DNA of 64,000 nucleotides from NCBI RefSeq assembly GCF_057098645.1, contig NZ_CM169472.1; one strand, 5' to 3'. Shown piece by piece: positions 1 to 15,688 of this stretch (position 1 is its first letter; each line of letters starts with the position of its first letter). The notes under the pieces were generated by a model. It saw only the letters and a program-made list of their open reading frames with translations, ran no database searches and was not told where the DNA came from. The position numbers and the translations under genes were made by a program.

Positions 1-339
1 GCGGCGAATCCCCAGCTGTTATTACTCGATGAACCGTTTGGTGCGCTGGACGCCTTCACCCGCGACCAGATGCAAACCCTGCTGCTGAAACTCTGGCAGG
101 AGACGGGCAAGCAGGTGCTGTTGATTACCCACGATATAGAAGAAGCGGTGTTTATGGCGACTGAACTGGTTCTGCTTTCATCCGGCCCTGGACGTGTGCT
201 GGAGCGGCTGCCGCTCAACTTTGCTCGCCGCTTTGTTGCGGGAGAGTCGAGCCGCAGCATCAAGTCCGATCCACAATTCATCGCCATGCGCGAATATGTT
301 TTAAGCCGCGTATTTGAGCAACGGGAGGCGTTCTCATGA
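1..339 (+). CDS. tauB: Taurine ABC transporter ATP-binding protein, C-terminal part (5' end outside window)
   Basis: In-frame ORF to window start; the 89-aa tail has an ABC-ATPase C-terminal character and sits directly upstream of tauC/tauD with a 4-bp overlap into tauC. Confidence 0.85.
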   Translation, partial: AANPQLLLLDEPFGALDAFTRDQMQTLLLKLWQETGKQVLLITHDIEEAVFMATELVLLSSGPGRVLERLPLNFARRFVAGESSRSIKSDPQFIAMREYVLSRVFEQREAFS

Positions 340-1163
340 GTGTGCTCATTAATGAAAAACTGCATTCGCGGCGGCTGAAATGGCGCTGGCCGCTCTCGCG
401 TCAGGTGACCTTAAGCATTGGCACGTTAGCGGTTTTACTCACTGTATGGTGGACGGTGGCGGCGCTGCAACTGATTAGCCCGCTGTTTTTGCCGCCGCCG
501 CAACAAGTACTGGCAAAACTGCTCACCATTGCCGGACCGCAGGGATTTATGGACGCCACGCTGTGGCAGCATCTGGCAGCCAGCCTGACGCGCATTTTGC
601 TGGCGCTACTCGCGGCGGTGTTGATCGGTATTCCGGTCGGGATCGCCATGGGGCTAAGCCCGACGGTGCGCGGCATTCTGGATCCGATAATCGAGCTTTA
701 TCGTCCGGTGCCACCGCTGGCTTATTTGCCGCTGATGGTGATTTGGTTTGGTATTGGTGAAACCTCGAAGATCTTACTGATCTATTTAGCGATTTTTGCA
801 CCGGTGGCGATGTCGGCGCTGGCGGGGGTGAAAAGCGCGCAGCAGGTTCGCATTCGTGCTGCCCAGTCGCTGGGTGCCAGCCGTGCGCAGGTGCTGTGGT
901 TTGTCATTTTGCCCGGCGCACTGCCGGAAATCCTCACCGGATTACGTATTGGTCTGGGTGTGGGCTGGTCTACGCTGGTGGCGGCGGAGCTGATTGCCGC
1001 GACGCGCGGTTTAGGATTTATGGTTCAGTCAGCGGGTGAATTTCTCGCGACTGACGTGGTGCTGGCGGGGATCGCGGTGATTGCGATTATCGCCTTTCTT
1101 TTAGAACTGGGTCTGCGCGCGTTACAGCGCCGCCTGACGCCCTGGCATGGAGAAGTACAATGA
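336..1163 (+). CDS. tauC: Taurine ABC transporter permease
   Basis: 275-aa ORF, polytopic membrane protein with a binding-protein-dependent permease signature; ATGA overlaps with tauB and tauD. Confidence 0.9.
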   Translation: MSVLINEKLHSRRLKWRWPLSRQVTLSIGTLAVLLTVWWTVAALQLISPLFLPPPQQVLAKLLTIAGPQGFMDATLWQHLAASLTRILLALLAAVLIGIPVGIAMGLSPTVRGILDPIIELYRPVPPLAYLPLMVIWFGIGETSKILLIYLAIFAPVAMSALAGVKSAQQVRIRAAQSLGASRAQVLWFVILPGALPEILTGLRIGLGVGWSTLVAAELIAATRGLGFMVQSAGEFLATDVVLAGIAVIAIIAFLLELGLRALQRRLTPWHGEVQ

Positions 1164-2011
1164 GTGAACGTCTGAGCATTACCCCGCTGGGGCCGTATAT
1201 CGGAGCACAAATTTCGGGTGCCGACCTGACGCGCCCGTTAAGCGATAATCAGTTTGAACAACTTTACCATGCGGTACTGCGCCATCAGGTGGTGTTTCTG
1301 CGCGATCAAGCCATTACGCCGCAGCAGCAACGCGCGCTGGCCCAGCGTTTTGGCGAACTGCATATTCACCCTGTTTACCCTCATGCCGAAGGGGTTGACG
1401 AGATCATCGTGCTGGATACCCATAACGATAATCCGCCAGATAACGACAACTGGCATACCGATGTGACATTTATTGAAACGCCACCCGCAGGGGCGATTCT
1501 GGCAGCGAAAGAGTTACCTTCGACCGGCGGCGATACGCTCTGGACCAGCGGTATTGCGGCCTATGAGGCGCTCTCTGTTCCCTTCCGCCAGCTGCTGAGC
1601 GGGCTGCGTGCGGAGCATGATTTTCGTAAATCGTTCCCGGAATACAAATACCGCAAAACCGAAGAGGAACATCAACGCTGGCGCGAGGCGGTTGCGAAAA
1701 ATCCGCCGTTGCTACATCCGGTGGTGCGAACGCATCCGGTGAGCGGTAAACAGGCGCTGTTTGTGAATGAAGGCTTTACTACGCGAATTGTTGATGTCAG
1801 CGAGAAAGAGAGCGAAGCCTTGTTAGGCTTTTTATTCGCCCATATCACTAAACCGGAGTTTCAGGTGCGCTGGCGCTGGCAACCGAATGATATTGCGATT
1901 TGGGATAACCGTGTGACTCAGCACTATGCCAATGCGGATTACCTGCCACAGCGGCGGATTATGCATCGGGCGACGATTCTTGGGGATAAACCGTTTTATC
2001 GGGCGGGGTAA
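1160..2011 (+). CDS. tauD: Taurine dioxygenase (alpha-ketoglutarate dependent)
   Basis: 283-aa ORF; sequence ([23 protein letters not shown]...) matches TauD as I recall it. Confidence 0.93.
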   Translation: MSERLSITPLGPYIGAQISGADLTRPLSDNQFEQLYHAVLRHQVVFLRDQAITPQQQRALAQRFGELHIHPVYPHAEGVDEIIVLDTHNDNPPDNDNWHTDVTFIETPPAGAILAAKELPSTGGDTLWTSGIAAYEALSVPFRQLLSGLRAEHDFRKSFPEYKYRKTEEEHQRWREAVAKNPPLLHPVVRTHPVSGKQALFVNEGFTTRIVDVSEKESEALLGFLFAHITKPEFQVRWRWQPNDIAIWDNRVTQHYANADYLPQRRIMHRATILGDKPFYRAG

Positions 2012-2030
2012 TACAAGAGTGGACGGTCCC

Positions 2031-2070
2031 CTCGCCCCCTTGGGGAGAGGGTTAGGGTGAGGGGGCGTTC
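2031..2070. repeat. GC-rich palindromic intergenic element between convergent tauD and hemB, probably a bidirectional terminator
   Basis: cgccccc...gggggcg inverted repeat enclosing ccccttgggg palindrome, read directly. Confidence 0.4.
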
Positions 2071-2117
2071 ACCGTACTTTCAACAGGTTAACTCCCCCTT
2101 TCTGAGAGGAAACAAAA

Positions 2118-3092
2118 TTAACGCAGAATCTTCTTCTCAGCCAAATCCAGCGCAAAGTAGCTGAAAATCAGATCCGCACCCGCACGCTTAATCGAACCTA
2201 AGCTTTCGAGCACCACTTTCTCTTCATCTATAGCACCCGCCAGCGCGGCGAACTTAATCATCGCGTACTCACCGCTCACCTGATACGCGCCAATCGGCAA
2301 TTCAGTACGTTCACGCAGCTCACGCACGATGTCGAGGTACGCTCCAGCAGGTTTAACCATCAGGCAGTCTGCGCCCTGGGCTTCATCCAGCAGTGACTCA
2401 CGAATCGCCTCACGACGGTTCATTGGGTTCATCTGATAGCTTTTGCGGTCGCCTTTTAATGCGCTTCCGGCAGCTTCACGGAACGGACCATAAAAGGAGG
2501 AGGCGAACTTGGTCGAATACGACATAATCGCCGTATCTTTAAAGCCAGCAGCGTCCAGCGCCTGGCGAATCGCCTGTACCTGGCCATCCATCGCGGCGGA
2601 AGGGGCGATGAAGTCTGCACCTGCAGCAGCTGCAACCACGGCTTGCTTGCCTAAATTTTCCAGAGTCGCGTCGTTATCGACGCCATGCTCGCACAGCACA
2701 CCGCAGTGACCGTGAGAAGTGTATTCACAGAAGCAGGTGTCTGACATGACGATCATTTCTGGCACGGTCTGCTTGCAGATGCGCGACATACGCGCCACCA
2801 GTCCATCTTCCCGCCAGGCATCGCTGCCGGTTTCATCGGTATGGTGAGAGATGCCAAAAGTCATCACGGAACGAATACCGGCGTTGGCGATGCGTTCAAT
2901 TTCGCGTGCCAGATGTTTCTCTGGAATGCGCATCACGCCTGGCATGGCTTCAACGGCTTTGTAGTCGTCAATTTCTTCTTCAACAAAGATCGGCAACACC
3001 AGGTCGTTAAGGCTAAGTGTTGTCTCTTCAAACATAGCGCGCAGCGCAGGAGATTTGCGCAGGCGACGAGGGCGTTGGATTAAGTCTGTCAT
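2118..3092 (-). CDS. hemB: Porphobilinogen synthase (delta-aminolevulinate dehydratase)
   Basis: ORF-track 335 aa; start moved to the internal ATG giving [12 protein letters not shown]... (324 aa), which matches HemB. Confidence 0.92.
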
Positions 3093-3616
3093 GGTCTGCC
3101 TGATGTTTGTGGAATCGAGGGGCATAGTATACCTGAAGCAGGGTAGGGATGTTTTACGAAAGTTGTCGCGATGTTGACAAGAAGAGAATGGAAGAGAGGC
3201 CAGGACATCTTTTTAATAGAAATAGCAATGATATTATATTCACTGTAAATATTTTTAATTTTTATTTATAGATGCCGGTTATTATTTTTACTGATTTGGT
3301 TGAACTGCCAAAAATTGAATTGCTTAAAGTTCATTGTTTATTGATACATTATTTATTTGATTTGTTGTTTTGATATTTTCAGGATCTATGGTTCAAAATT
3401 AATGATTTCATTAACGTGTTGAAATACAGTGTTTTTGTCAGCCTATTCTTTGTGTGTATAGATGTTTTTATATATGTCCACAATCGGACTTAGGGGAAAG
3501 AATAATTGAACCATTCCTCTATAACGCCGCATAATCGTAAACGCGAAACATAAGATGTTTTCTATGCATTGATAATTGATGGATCAACTTATTACGTCCC
3601 TGAGGAGGGATGACAA

Positions 3617-6526
<2,910 letters not shown>

Positions 6527-6527
6527 A

Positions 6528-7216
<689 letters not shown>

Positions 7217-8374
7217 TCAGGATGCGGGGATAACCAACGGTTTATTCCCGCTTAGCTCGGTCACCAGGTCATTGATGCCATCGCTCATATTTTTAAAGCG
7301 CGTCAATGGCGAACGAGTGACCACCACAAACGCGCCAATATTCTTCTGCGGGATCATCGCCATATAGGTAATGAAACCTCCACCACCACCTGTCTTCTGA
7401 ATAATCCCCGGACGACCCTCTTTCGGGGCCATATATACCCAGCCTAAACCAAGCGCATCCGCTTTGCCGGGGACATCCATGCCAATCACTTTCGTAAACT
7501 GCGCGCGCTGATAAATCAACGTCTGCATGCGATCTGCCTGGTTACTGCGCTGATAAAAATCAGATGACAAATACTGCTGCATCCAGCGCATCATATCGCC
7601 AGGCGTGGAATAGACGCCGCCGCTGCCAATTGCCGCCAGCGTGTTATTGCATGGACTGGCACCGCGCTCTGCAACCATTAAACGGCGGCACTGATCCGGT
7701 GAGGGGGTGTAGGTGGTGTCTTTCATCCCCAATGGACGGGTAATCTGCTCTTCAAACAACTGGGTATAAGGCTTGCCGGACGCATTCGCCAGTGCATCTG
7801 CCAGCAGGTCGAACGCAAGGTTAGAGTACGCCGCCTGACTGCCTGGCGCGGCTTTCAGCTTCGCCGTAGAAAGGTATTTCCAGCGTTGCTCGCGCGTTGG
7901 CCAGACAAACACCGGACGATGTGCCGCGCCACCGGGCTGTTCACGGGGCAGGGCGCTGGTATGGGTTGCCAGATTGACCAGCGTAATGGGCGTCCCATTG
8001 TAGGTTGGCACGCGTGCGCCTGGCGGAGCATATTTACTTAGCGGATCGTTTAACGTCACTGTCCCCTGGTCGAGCAATTTCACCAGCATCTCACTGGTCA
8101 TTAGCTTGGTGAGGGAAGCAATACGCACGACCGAATCCAGCTGCGGGCGAACGTTATTACCAGGTCGCGTTTCGCCATAACTGCGAAAGACGCGCTGGTT
8201 ACCGTCGATAACAACCAGCGCCATCCCCGTGGCACCGCTGCCGTAAAAAATATGATCGGCATAACGATCGACAATATCAGAGGCAAACTCCGGTTCAGTG
8301 ATCGGCTGCGCCGCATGGACGGAGGTCAATGACGCCGCACACAGCACGGCAGAAAAAAGCAGACTACGTTTCAA
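7217..8374 (-). CDS. ampH: Penicillin-binding protein / beta-lactamase-like AmpH
   Basis: 385-aa ORF with signal peptide and SxxK-type serine hydrolase fold (..IASLTKLMT..), correct locus. Confidence 0.9.
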   Translation of the reverse strand: MKRSLLFSAVLCAASLTSVHAAQPITEPEFASDIVDRYADHIFYGSGATGMALVVIDGNQRVFRSYGETRPGNNVRPQLDSVVRIASLTKLMTSEMLVKLLDQGTVTLNDPLSKYAPPGARVPTYNGTPITLVNLATHTSALPREQPGGAAHRPVFVWPTREQRWKYLSTAKLKAAPGSQAAYSNLAFDLLADALANASGKPYTQLFEEQITRPLGMKDTTYTPSPDQCRRLMVAERGASPCNNTLAAIGSGGVYSTPGDMMRWMQQYLSSDFYQRSNQADRMQTLIYQRAQFTKVIGMDVPGKADALGLGWVYMAPKEGRPGIIQKTGGGGGFITYMAMIPQKNIGAFVVVTRSPLTRFKNMSDGINDLVTELSGNKPLVIPAS

Positions 8375-8725
8375 CGGTGGTGTCCATAAATTGAATGAAG
8401 GTAACTGAGCGTATTTATACTACTCATTGATGGATTGCAAAGGGCGAATTAGTGCAATAATAGTGTTAAAAACGTAACGGCGCGTAAACACGATCTTTTT
8501 CCTGCTCACCAATGCCTGCATTTGTGATCCTGCGCGTGTTAATCCGCTTATGTAAACAATCTTTGGTTTGTGAAATCCGTCGAAACAATTCTTATGGTCA
8601 GGCTGGCGAACTAAGCGCCTTGCTATGGGTCACAATGGGCGGTTTCATTTGGCTGACGCTTTGTAGTGGTCATGCGGTTAATACACAGCAGTTGTTAAAA
8701 CGATAAGAAGTTAGCAGGAGTGCAT

Positions 8726-9946
8726 ATGTTTAAGTCTTTTTTCCCAAAGCCGGGAACGTTTTTTCTCTCGGCCTTTGTTTGGGCATTGATTGCCGTTATC
8801 TTCTGGCAAGCCGGTGGGGGTGACTGGGTGGCGCGTATCACCGGAGCTTCCGGGCAGATCCCGATTAGCGCCGCCCGTTTCTGGTCGTTGGATTTCCTGA
8901 TTTTTTACGCTTACTACATTGTTTGCGTAGGACTTTTTGCATTGTTCTGGTTTATCTACAGCCCGCACCGTTGGCAATACTGGTCAATACTCGGTACTGC
9001 ACTGATCATCTTCGTCACCTGGTTTTTGGTGGAAGTCGGGGTTGCCGTCAACGCCTGGTATGCACCGTTCTATGATCTGATTCAAACCGCGCTAAGTTCG
9101 CCGCATAAAGTCACTATCGAACAATTTTACCGCGAAGTGGGCGTCTTTCTGGGGATTGCGCTGATCGCGGTAGTGATCAGTGTGCTGAATAACTTCTTTG
9201 TCAGTCACTACGTGTTCCGCTGGCGTACGGCGATGAACGAATATTACATGGCGAACTGGCAACAACTGCGTCATATCGAAGGCGCCGCACAGCGTGTGCA
9301 GGAAGACACCATGCGTTTTGCTTCAACGTTGGAGAATATGGGTGTCAGTTTTATCAATGCCATCATGACGTTGATCGCCTTCCTGCCGGTGCTGGTAACG
9401 CTCTCCGCGCATGTGCCGGAGCTGCCGATTATCGGGCACATTCCGTATGGTCTGGTGATTGCCGTTATCGTCTGGTCGCTGATGGGGACCGGATTGCTGG
9501 CAGTGGTAGGGATCAAACTGCCGGGGTTGGAGTTTAAAAACCAGCGAGTAGAGGCTGCCTACCGTAAAGAGCTGGTTTATGGTGAAGACGATGCCACGCG
9601 CGCGACGCCGCCAACGGTACGCGAGCTGTTTAGCGCCGTACGGAAAAACTATTTCCGCCTCTATTTTCACTATATGTATTTCAACATCGCCCGCATTCTC
9701 TATTTACAGGTCGATAACGTTTTCGGTTTGTTCTTGCTGTTTCCGTCAATTGTTGCCGGTACGATTACGCTCGGCCTGATGACGCAGATTACCAACGTTT
9801 TTGGTCAGGTTCGCGGTGCTTTCCAGTACCTGATTAACTCATGGACCACACTGGTTGAGTTGATGTCTATCTACAAACGTCTGCGCAGCTTTGAACATGA
9901 GCTGGATGGTGACAAAATTCAGGAAGTAACCCATACCTTGAGCTAA
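8726..9946 (+). CDS. sbmA: Peptide antibiotic / microcin transporter SbmA
   Basis: Polytopic membrane protein; start set at the ATG giving [13 protein letters not shown]... Confidence 0.9.
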   Translation: MFKSFFPKPGTFFLSAFVWALIAVIFWQAGGGDWVARITGASGQIPISAARFWSLDFLIFYAYYIVCVGLFALFWFIYSPHRWQYWSILGTALIIFVTWFLVEVGVAVNAWYAPFYDLIQTALSSPHKVTIEQFYREVGVFLGIALIAVVISVLNNFFVSHYVFRWRTAMNEYYMANWQQLRHIEGAAQRVQEDTMRFASTLENMGVSFINAIMTLIAFLPVLVTLSAHVPELPIIGHIPYGLVIAVIVWSLMGTGLLAVVGIKLPGLEFKNQRVEAAYRKELVYGEDDATRATPPTVRELFSAVRKNYFRLYFHYMYFNIARILYLQVDNVFGLFLLFPSIVAGTITLGLMTQITNVFGQVRGAFQYLINSWTTLVELMSIYKRLRSFEHELDGDKIQEVTHTLS

Positions 9947-9958
9947 AAAGGAGAAGTA

Positions 9959-11053
9959 ATGTCGCGCGTCAATCCTCTATCTTCGCTGTCATTGTTGGCG
10001 GTTCTGGTTTTAGCGGGGTGTAGTAGTCGGGCTCCGCAACCGTTGAAAAAGGGCGAAAAAGAGATAGATGTGGCGAGCGTCGTGCGGCAGAAGATGCCTG
10101 CGAGCGTGAAAGACCGCGATGCCTGGGCGAAAGATCTCGCCACCACCTTTGAAAGTCAGGGGCTGGCACCGACGCTGGAAAACGTCTGCTCGGTGCTGGC
10201 GGTGGCGCAGCAGGAGTCAAATTATCAGGCAGATCCGGCCGTTCCGGGCTTAAGCAAGATCGCCTGGCAAGAGATTGACCGTCGTGCTGAACGGATGCAC
10301 ATTCCTGCTTTTCTGGTTCATACCGCGCTAAAAATCAAATCGCCAAACGGCAAAAGTTATAGCGAACGGTTAGATTCGGTGCGTACAGAAAAGCAATTGA
10401 GCGCGATTTTTGACGATCTGATCAGCATGGTGCCAATGGGGCAGACGCTGTTTGGTTCGCTTAATCCGGTGCGCACCGGTGGGCCGATGCAGGTCAGCAT
10501 TGCTTTTGCCGAACAGCATACCAAAGGGTATCCGTGGAAAATGGACGGTACAGTCCGTCAGGAAGTCTTTAGTCGCCGCGGCGGGTTGTGGTTTGGTACT
10601 TACCATTTACTGAATTATCCCGCCAGTTATAGCGCACCGATATACCGTTTTGCTGATTTTAACGCTGGCTGGTACGCCAGCCGTAATGCCGCGTTTCAGA
10701 ACGCGGTCAGTAAGGCCAGCGGCGTGAAGCTGGCACTGGACGGTGATTTAATTCGTTACGACAGTAAAGAACCCGGGAAAACCGAACTGGCAACGCGCAA
10801 ACTGGCGGCAAAACTGGGGATGAGCGACAGCGAAATTCGTCGTCAGCTAGAGAAAGGTGACAGCTTCTCTTTTGAGGAGACGGCGCTGTACAAGAAAGTT
10901 TATCAACTTGCCGAAGCGAAAACGGGTAAATCACTCCCCCGCGAAATGTTGCCTGGCATTCAACTGGAAAGCCCGAAAATCACCCGCAACCTGACTACGG
11001 CCTGGTTTGCGAAGCGCGTAGACGAACGGCGGGCGCGTTGTATGAAACAGTGA
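9959..11053 (+). CDS. yaiW: Lipoprotein YaiW
   Basis: 364 aa, lipobox LAGC in MSRVNPLSSLSLLAVLVLAGCSS; 12 bp downstream of sbmA (operon). Confidence 0.88.
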   Translation: MSRVNPLSSLSLLAVLVLAGCSSRAPQPLKKGEKEIDVASVVRQKMPASVKDRDAWAKDLATTFESQGLAPTLENVCSVLAVAQQESNYQADPAVPGLSKIAWQEIDRRAERMHIPAFLVHTALKIKSPNGKSYSERLDSVRTEKQLSAIFDDLISMVPMGQTLFGSLNPVRTGGPMQVSIAFAEQHTKGYPWKMDGTVRQEVFSRRGGLWFGTYHLLNYPASYSAPIYRFADFNAGWYASRNAAFQNAVSKASGVKLALDGDLIRYDSKEPGKTELATRKLAAKLGMSDSEIRRQLEKGDSFSFEETALYKKVYQLAEAKTGKSLPREMLPGIQLESPKITRNLTTAWFAKRVDERRARCMKQ

Positions 11054-11070
11054 TCAAACAGGAATGTCAT

Positions 11071-11101
11071 GCCAGATAAGGCGTTTTAGGCCGTATCTGG
11101 C
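11071..11101. terminator. Bidirectional hairpin terminator between convergent yaiW and yaiY
   Basis: gccagata...tatctggc stem with T-rich loop (gcgtttta), read directly. Confidence 0.5.
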
Positions 11102-11111
11102 AACGTAAATC

Positions 11112-11420
11112 TTACTGGCGGCGATGTCGCCAGTGCAGCCATAGCGCCACCACTGCAAAAATGAGGCAGCCTACTAAAAACGGGATCAGCCCGAAAATGG
11201 TGCCGACACCTAAACCAATTTCCACCCGTGGGCGACCTGTTTCCTGGACCTGCATTAAACGCTCATAGACGCCGGGCGCATGCACTAACAGGTTCAGCAA
11301 TTGCGCCCCAGCCCAAAAGCAAAACAGCACAAACAACGCATAGGCAATGTTGCCAGGCGTTGAAGAGGCATTGCGATATTTTCCGCTAAACAGCGATTTT
11401 GACAGGGTGAAATCAGCCAT
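11112..11420 (-). CDS. yaiY: Inner membrane protein YaiY
   Basis: 102-aa ORF, two hydrophobic segments, correct locus. Confidence 0.85.
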
Positions 11421-11679
11421 AAAAACCTCCGGAAGTCATCTGCTTCTCTTCTGGTGTGATACCAGCGGCTTATGGCAAGTCTGACAGGTCATTTAGATTG
11501 TCAATATCAGAATCATGGTAAATTGATGTTGGGAATATTCCCGAAGCGTGAATCTTCGCTGCGAGTCACAAAATAGCAACTTTAAGTTAAATTTATTAAC
11601 AATTGCGAAAATGTTGTCTACACCACAGACGGTTGTTACAGAATATGCAAGGATGTTGTTTTTCGTTAACGGAGCAGCC

Positions 11680-11892
11680 ATGAATCTGCCTGTAAAAATC
11701 CGCCTTGACTGGCACTACTATGCGTTCGCCATTGGCCTTATATTCATTCTTAATGGCGTGGTGGGGTTACTGGGATTTGAAGCAAAAGGTTGGCAGACCT
11801 ATGCCGTCGGTCTGGTGACGTGGGTGATTAGTTTCTGGCTGGCGGGGTTGATTATTCGTCGTCGCGATGAAGAAACTGAAAACGCCCAATAA
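11680..11892 (+). CDS. yaiZ: Small membrane protein YaiZ (70 aa)
   Basis: ORF-track 114 aa; internal ATG at 11680 preceded by GGAG SD gives MNLPVKIRLDWHYYAFAIG..., 70 aa. Confidence 0.8.
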   Translation: MNLPVKIRLDWHYYAFAIGLIFILNGVVGLLGFEAKGWQTYAVGLVTWVISFWLAGLIIRRRDEETENAQ

Positions 11893-11915
11893 GAATATTA
11901 TCGGGCGTTAAAATA

Positions 11916-13010
11916 TTACATTGTGGTTTTCAATGCGTTATCCGCAGCGTGACGCTCCAGCGCCAGCTCAATCAAACGTGTGATCAGATCGGTGTAACCC
12001 AGACCGCTGGCTTGCCACAGCTTCGGATACATACTGATGTTGGTGAAGCCAGGCAGTGTGTTGATCTCGTTGATCACCACTTCGTTCTCTGGGGTTAAAA
12101 ACACGTCTACACGCGCCATGCCTGCGCATCCCAACGTCTGATAAGCCTGAACGGCAATCGCCCGGATCTTATCGTTGATTTCTGGCGCAATGGCTGCCGG
12201 AACTACCACTTTCGCGCCATCTTCGTCAATGTACTTGGTGTCGTAGGCATAGAAATCGCTGGTGAGTACGATCTCGCCACAGGTGCTGGCTTGCGGATTG
12301 TCGTTGCCCAGAACTGCGCATTCGATCTCACGACCTTTGATCCCTTGCTCAACGATCACTTTATGATCGAACTCGAACGCCAGATCGACGGCAATTGCGT
12401 ACTGTTCTTCACTGGTTACTTTGCTGACACCAACAGAAGAGCCCTGATTAGCCGGTTTTACAAACAGTGGTAACCCCAGTTTAGACTCCACTTCGGCAAA
12501 ACTGATGTTGTGACGATTAGCGCGCGTCAGGGTAATAAATGGCGCAATGTTCAGCCCGGCATCGCGTAGCAGATGTTTGGTGACATCTTTATCCATACAG
12601 GCTGCTGAAGCCAGAACATCAGAACCTACAAACGGTAAATTGGCGACCCGCAGCATTCCCTGCAAGGAACCATCTTCGCCCAGCGTACCGTGGACAATCG
12701 GGAAAATGACATCCACCGTCGGCAACGGCTGACCGTTTTGCGCGTCGATAAGCTGATGCTCATGTTTACCTGGCACCTGGGCGAGGCTGGTCGCCGAAGG
12801 GCGCAACGCAATATGGGCAGGATCGTCTGCATTTAGCAGATAATTGCTGGCATCGCTGACGTGCCATTGCCCTTGTTTATCAATGCCCAGCAGCACAACG
12901 TCGAAGCGACTTTTATCAATGGCATCGACAATGTTTTTTGCCGATTGCAGAGACACTTCATGTTCCGCTGATTTACCACCAAAAACGATTCCTACCCGCA
13001 GTTTTTCCAT
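11916..13010 (-). CDS. ddlA: D-alanine--D-alanine ligase A
   Basis: 364 aa, [24 protein letters not shown]..., ATP-grasp family, correct locus. Confidence 0.93.
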   Translation of the reverse strand: MEKLRVGIVFGGKSAEHEVSLQSAKNIVDAIDKSRFDVVLLGIDKQGQWHVSDASNYLLNADDPAHIALRPSATSLAQVPGKHEHQLIDAQNGQPLPTVDVIFPIVHGTLGEDGSLQGMLRVANLPFVGSDVLASAACMDKDVTKHLLRDAGLNIAPFITLTRANRHNISFAEVESKLGLPLFVKPANQGSSVGVSKVTSEEQYAIAVDLAFEFDHKVIVEQGIKGREIECAVLGNDNPQASTCGEIVLTSDFYAYDTKYIDEDGAKVVVPAAIAPEINDKIRAIAVQAYQTLGCAGMARVDVFLTPENEVVINEINTLPGFTNISMYPKLWQASGLGYTDLITRLIELALERHAADNALKTTM

Positions 13011-13472
13011 CTTAAAAACCTATCCCGTCTAACACAAAGTGCATACATTACCACGACAAAACGGGGGATTCGCGGCCTTCTGAAAGATTGTTGCAATCTT
13101 CTGCTGACAAAGCGTGCAACGTACTGGTGAAGAAAGTGTGTTATCTCAAAGATGTGCGCAAGATCACAAAAATGATGAACGGGAAGCTAATTTATTCCTG
13201 GCTTAAATGGCAATGCGGTGAGTTTTTTTCTCTTAATTATAAGTTAACGAAGAGAATATATTCCATAACTTTTATTTATAATAAAGGTTGATAATTAAAA
13301 GCCTATATTTTGTGTGGGTAATTATTTAAATAAGAGAAACGTTTCGCTGGTAATCAAACAAAAAATATTTGCGCAAAGTATTTCCTTTGTCATAAAAATA
13401 ATACTTCCAGACACTATGAAGTTGTGAAACATAATGTTAACTTCTCCATACTTTGGATAAGGAAATACAGAC

Positions 13473-13733
13473 ATGAAAAATCTCATTGCTGAGTTGTTAT
13501 TTAAGCTTGCCCAAAAAGAAGAAGAGTCGAAAGAACTGTGTGCGCAGGTAGAAGCTTTGGAGATTATCGTCACTGCAATGCTTCGCAATATGGCGCAAAA
13601 TGACCAACAGCGGTTGATTGATCAGGTAGAGGGGGCGCTGTACGAGGTAAAGCCCGATGCCAGCATTCCTGACGACGATACGGAGCTGCTGCGCGATTAC
13701 GTAAAGAAGTTATTGAAGCATCCTCGTCAGTAA
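13473..13733 (+). CDS. iraP: Anti-adaptor protein IraP (RpoS stabiliser)
   Basis: 86 aa coiled-coil protein [22 protein letters not shown]...; long AT-rich upstream region. Confidence 0.88.
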
Positions 13734-13753
13734 AAAGTTAATCTTTTCAACTG

Positions 13754-13771
13754 CTGTCATAAAGTTGTCAC
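13754..13771 (+). promoter_or_regulatory. Pho box (PhoB binding site) of the phoA promoter
   Basis: CTGTCATAAAGTTGTCAC, two 7-bp direct repeats with a 4-bp spacer, followed by a TATAGT -10 hexamer at 13782-13787. Confidence 0.85.
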
Positions 13772-13833
13772 GGCCGAGACTTATAGTCGCTTTGTTTTTA
13801 TTTTTTAATGTATTTGTACATGGAGAAAATAAA

Positions 13834-15249
13834 GTGAAACAAAGCACTATTGCACTGGCACTCTTACCGTTACTGTTTACCCCTGTGACAAAAGCCCGGA
13901 CACCAGAAATGCCTGTTCTGGAAAACCGGGCTGCTCAGGGCGATATTACTGCACCCGGCGGTGCTCGCCGCTTAACGGGTGATCAGACCGCCGCTCTGCG
14001 TGATTCTCTTAGCGATAAACCTGCAAAAAATATTATTTTGCTGATTGGCGATGGGATGGGGGATTCGGAAATTACTGCCGCACGTAATTATGCCGAAGGT
14101 GCGGGCGGCTTTTTTAAAGGTATCGATGCCTTACCGCTTACCGGGCAATACACTCACTATGCGCTGAATAAAAAAACCGGCAAACCGGACTACGTCACCG
14201 ACTCGGCTGCATCAGCAACCGCCTGGTCAACCGGTGTCAAAACCTATAACGGCGCGCTGGGCGTCGATATTCACGAAAAAGATCACCCAACGATTCTGGA
14301 AATGGCAAAAGCCGCAGGTCTGGCGACCGGTAACGTTTCTACCGCAGAGTTGCAGGATGCCACGCCCGCTGCGCTGGTGGCACATGTGACCTCGCGCAAA
14401 TGCTACGGTCCGAGCGCGACCAGTGAAAAATGTCCGGGTAACGCTCTGGAAAAAGGCGGAAAAGGATCGATTACCGAACAGCTGCTTAACGCTCGTGCCG
14501 ACGTTACGCTTGGCGGCGGCGCAAAAACCTTTGCTGAAACGGCAACCGCTGGTGAATGGCAGGGAAAAACGCTGCGTGAACAGGCACAGGCGCGTGGTTA
14601 TCAGTTGGTGAGCGATGCTGCCTCACTGAATTCGGTGACGGAAGCGAATCAGCAAAAACCCCTGCTTGGCCTGTTTGCTGACGGCAATATGCCAGTGCGC
14701 TGGCTAGGACCGAAAGCAACGTATCACGGTAATATTGATAAGCCCGCAGTCACCTGTACGCCTAATCCGCAACGTAATGACAGTGTACCAACCCTGGCGC
14801 AGATGACCGACAAAGCCATTGAATTGTTGAGTAAAAATGAGAAAGGCTTTTTCCTGCAAGTTGAAGGTGCGTCAATCGATAAACAGGATCATGCTGCGAA
14901 TCCTTGTGGGCAAATTGGCGAGACGGTCGATCTCGATGAAGCCGTACAACGGGCGCTGGAATTCGCTAAAAAGGAGGGTAACACGCTGGTCATAGTCACC
15001 GCTGATCACGCCCACGCCAGCCAAATTGTTGCGCCGGATACCAAAGCTCCGGGCCTCACCCAGGCGCTAAATACCAAAGATGGCGCAGTGATGGTGATGA
15101 GTTACGGGAACTCCGAAGAGGATTCACAAGAACATACAGGCAGTCAGTTGCGTATTGCGGCGTATGGCCCGCATGCCGCCAATGTTGTTGGACTGACCGA
15201 CCAGACTGATCTCTTCTACACCATGAAAGCCGCCCTGGGGCTGAAATAA
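13834..15249 (+). CDS. phoA: Alkaline phosphatase
   Basis: GTG start giving [21 protein letters not shown] signal peptide; ORF-track start at 13765 is an upstream over-extension through the Pho box. Confidence 0.93.
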   Translation: MKQSTIALALLPLLFTPVTKARTPEMPVLENRAAQGDITAPGGARRLTGDQTAALRDSLSDKPAKNIILLIGDGMGDSEITAARNYAEGAGGFFKGIDALPLTGQYTHYALNKKTGKPDYVTDSAASATAWSTGVKTYNGALGVDIHEKDHPTILEMAKAAGLATGNVSTAELQDATPAALVAHVTSRKCYGPSATSEKCPGNALEKGGKGSITEQLLNARADVTLGGGAKTFAETATAGEWQGKTLREQAQARGYQLVSDAASLNSVTEANQQKPLLGLFADGNMPVRWLGPKATYHGNIDKPAVTCTPNPQRNDSVPTLAQMTDKAIELLSKNEKGFFLQVEGASIDKQDHAANPCGQIGETVDLDEAVQRALEFAKKEGNTLVIVTADHAHASQIVAPDTKAPGLTQALNTKDGAVMVMSYGNSEEDSQEHTGSQLRIAAYGPHAANVVGLTDQTDLFYTMKAALGLK

Positions 15250-15254
15250 AACCG

Positions 15255-15293
15255 CGCCCGGCAGTGAATTTTCGCTGCCGGGTGGTTTTTTTG
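15255..15293 (+). terminator. Rho-independent terminator after phoA
   Basis: cccggcag / ctgccggg 8-bp stem followed by a T7 run. Confidence 0.7.
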
Positions 15294-15367
15294 CTGTTAG
15301 CAACCAGACTTAATGGCAGATCACGGGCGCATACGCTCATGGTTAAAACATGAAGAGGGATGGTGCT

Positions 15368-15688
15368 ATGAAAATTACATTACTGGTTACCTTGCTTTTC
15401 GGTCTGGTTTTTTTAACCACCGTCGGTGCTGCCGAGAGAACCTTAACCCCACAACAACAGCGTATGACCTCCTGTAATCAGCAGGCGACGGCACAGGCGT
15501 TGAAAGGGGATGCTCGTAAGACCTACATGAGTGATTGCCTGAAGAACAGCAAGTCTGCGCCTGGTGAAAAAAGTTTGACGCCACAGCAGCAAAAGATGCG
15601 CGAATGTAATAATCAAGCAACGCAACAATCACTGAAAGGTGATGATCGTAATAAGTTTATGAGCGCCTGCCTCAAGAAAGCCGCCTGA
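15368..15688 (+). CDS. psiF: Phosphate starvation-inducible protein PsiF
   Basis: Start at MKITLLVTLLFGL... (signal peptide); contains an internal two-fold repeat. Confidence 0.88.
   Translation: MKITLLVTLLFGLVFLTTVGAAERTLTPQQQRMTSCNQQATAQALKGDARKTYMSDCLKNSKSAPGEKSLTPQQQKMRECNNQATQQSLKGDDRNKFMSACLKKAA

Noticed and set aside
8512-8706. 64-aa ORF in the ampH-sbmA intergenic region
   Set aside because: No RBS, atypical composition, lies in the sbmA promoter region; most likely non-coding
13765-13833. N-terminal extension of phoA in the ORF track (494 aa)
   Set aside because: The extension runs through the Pho box and -10 region; the GTG at 13834 gives the known signal peptide
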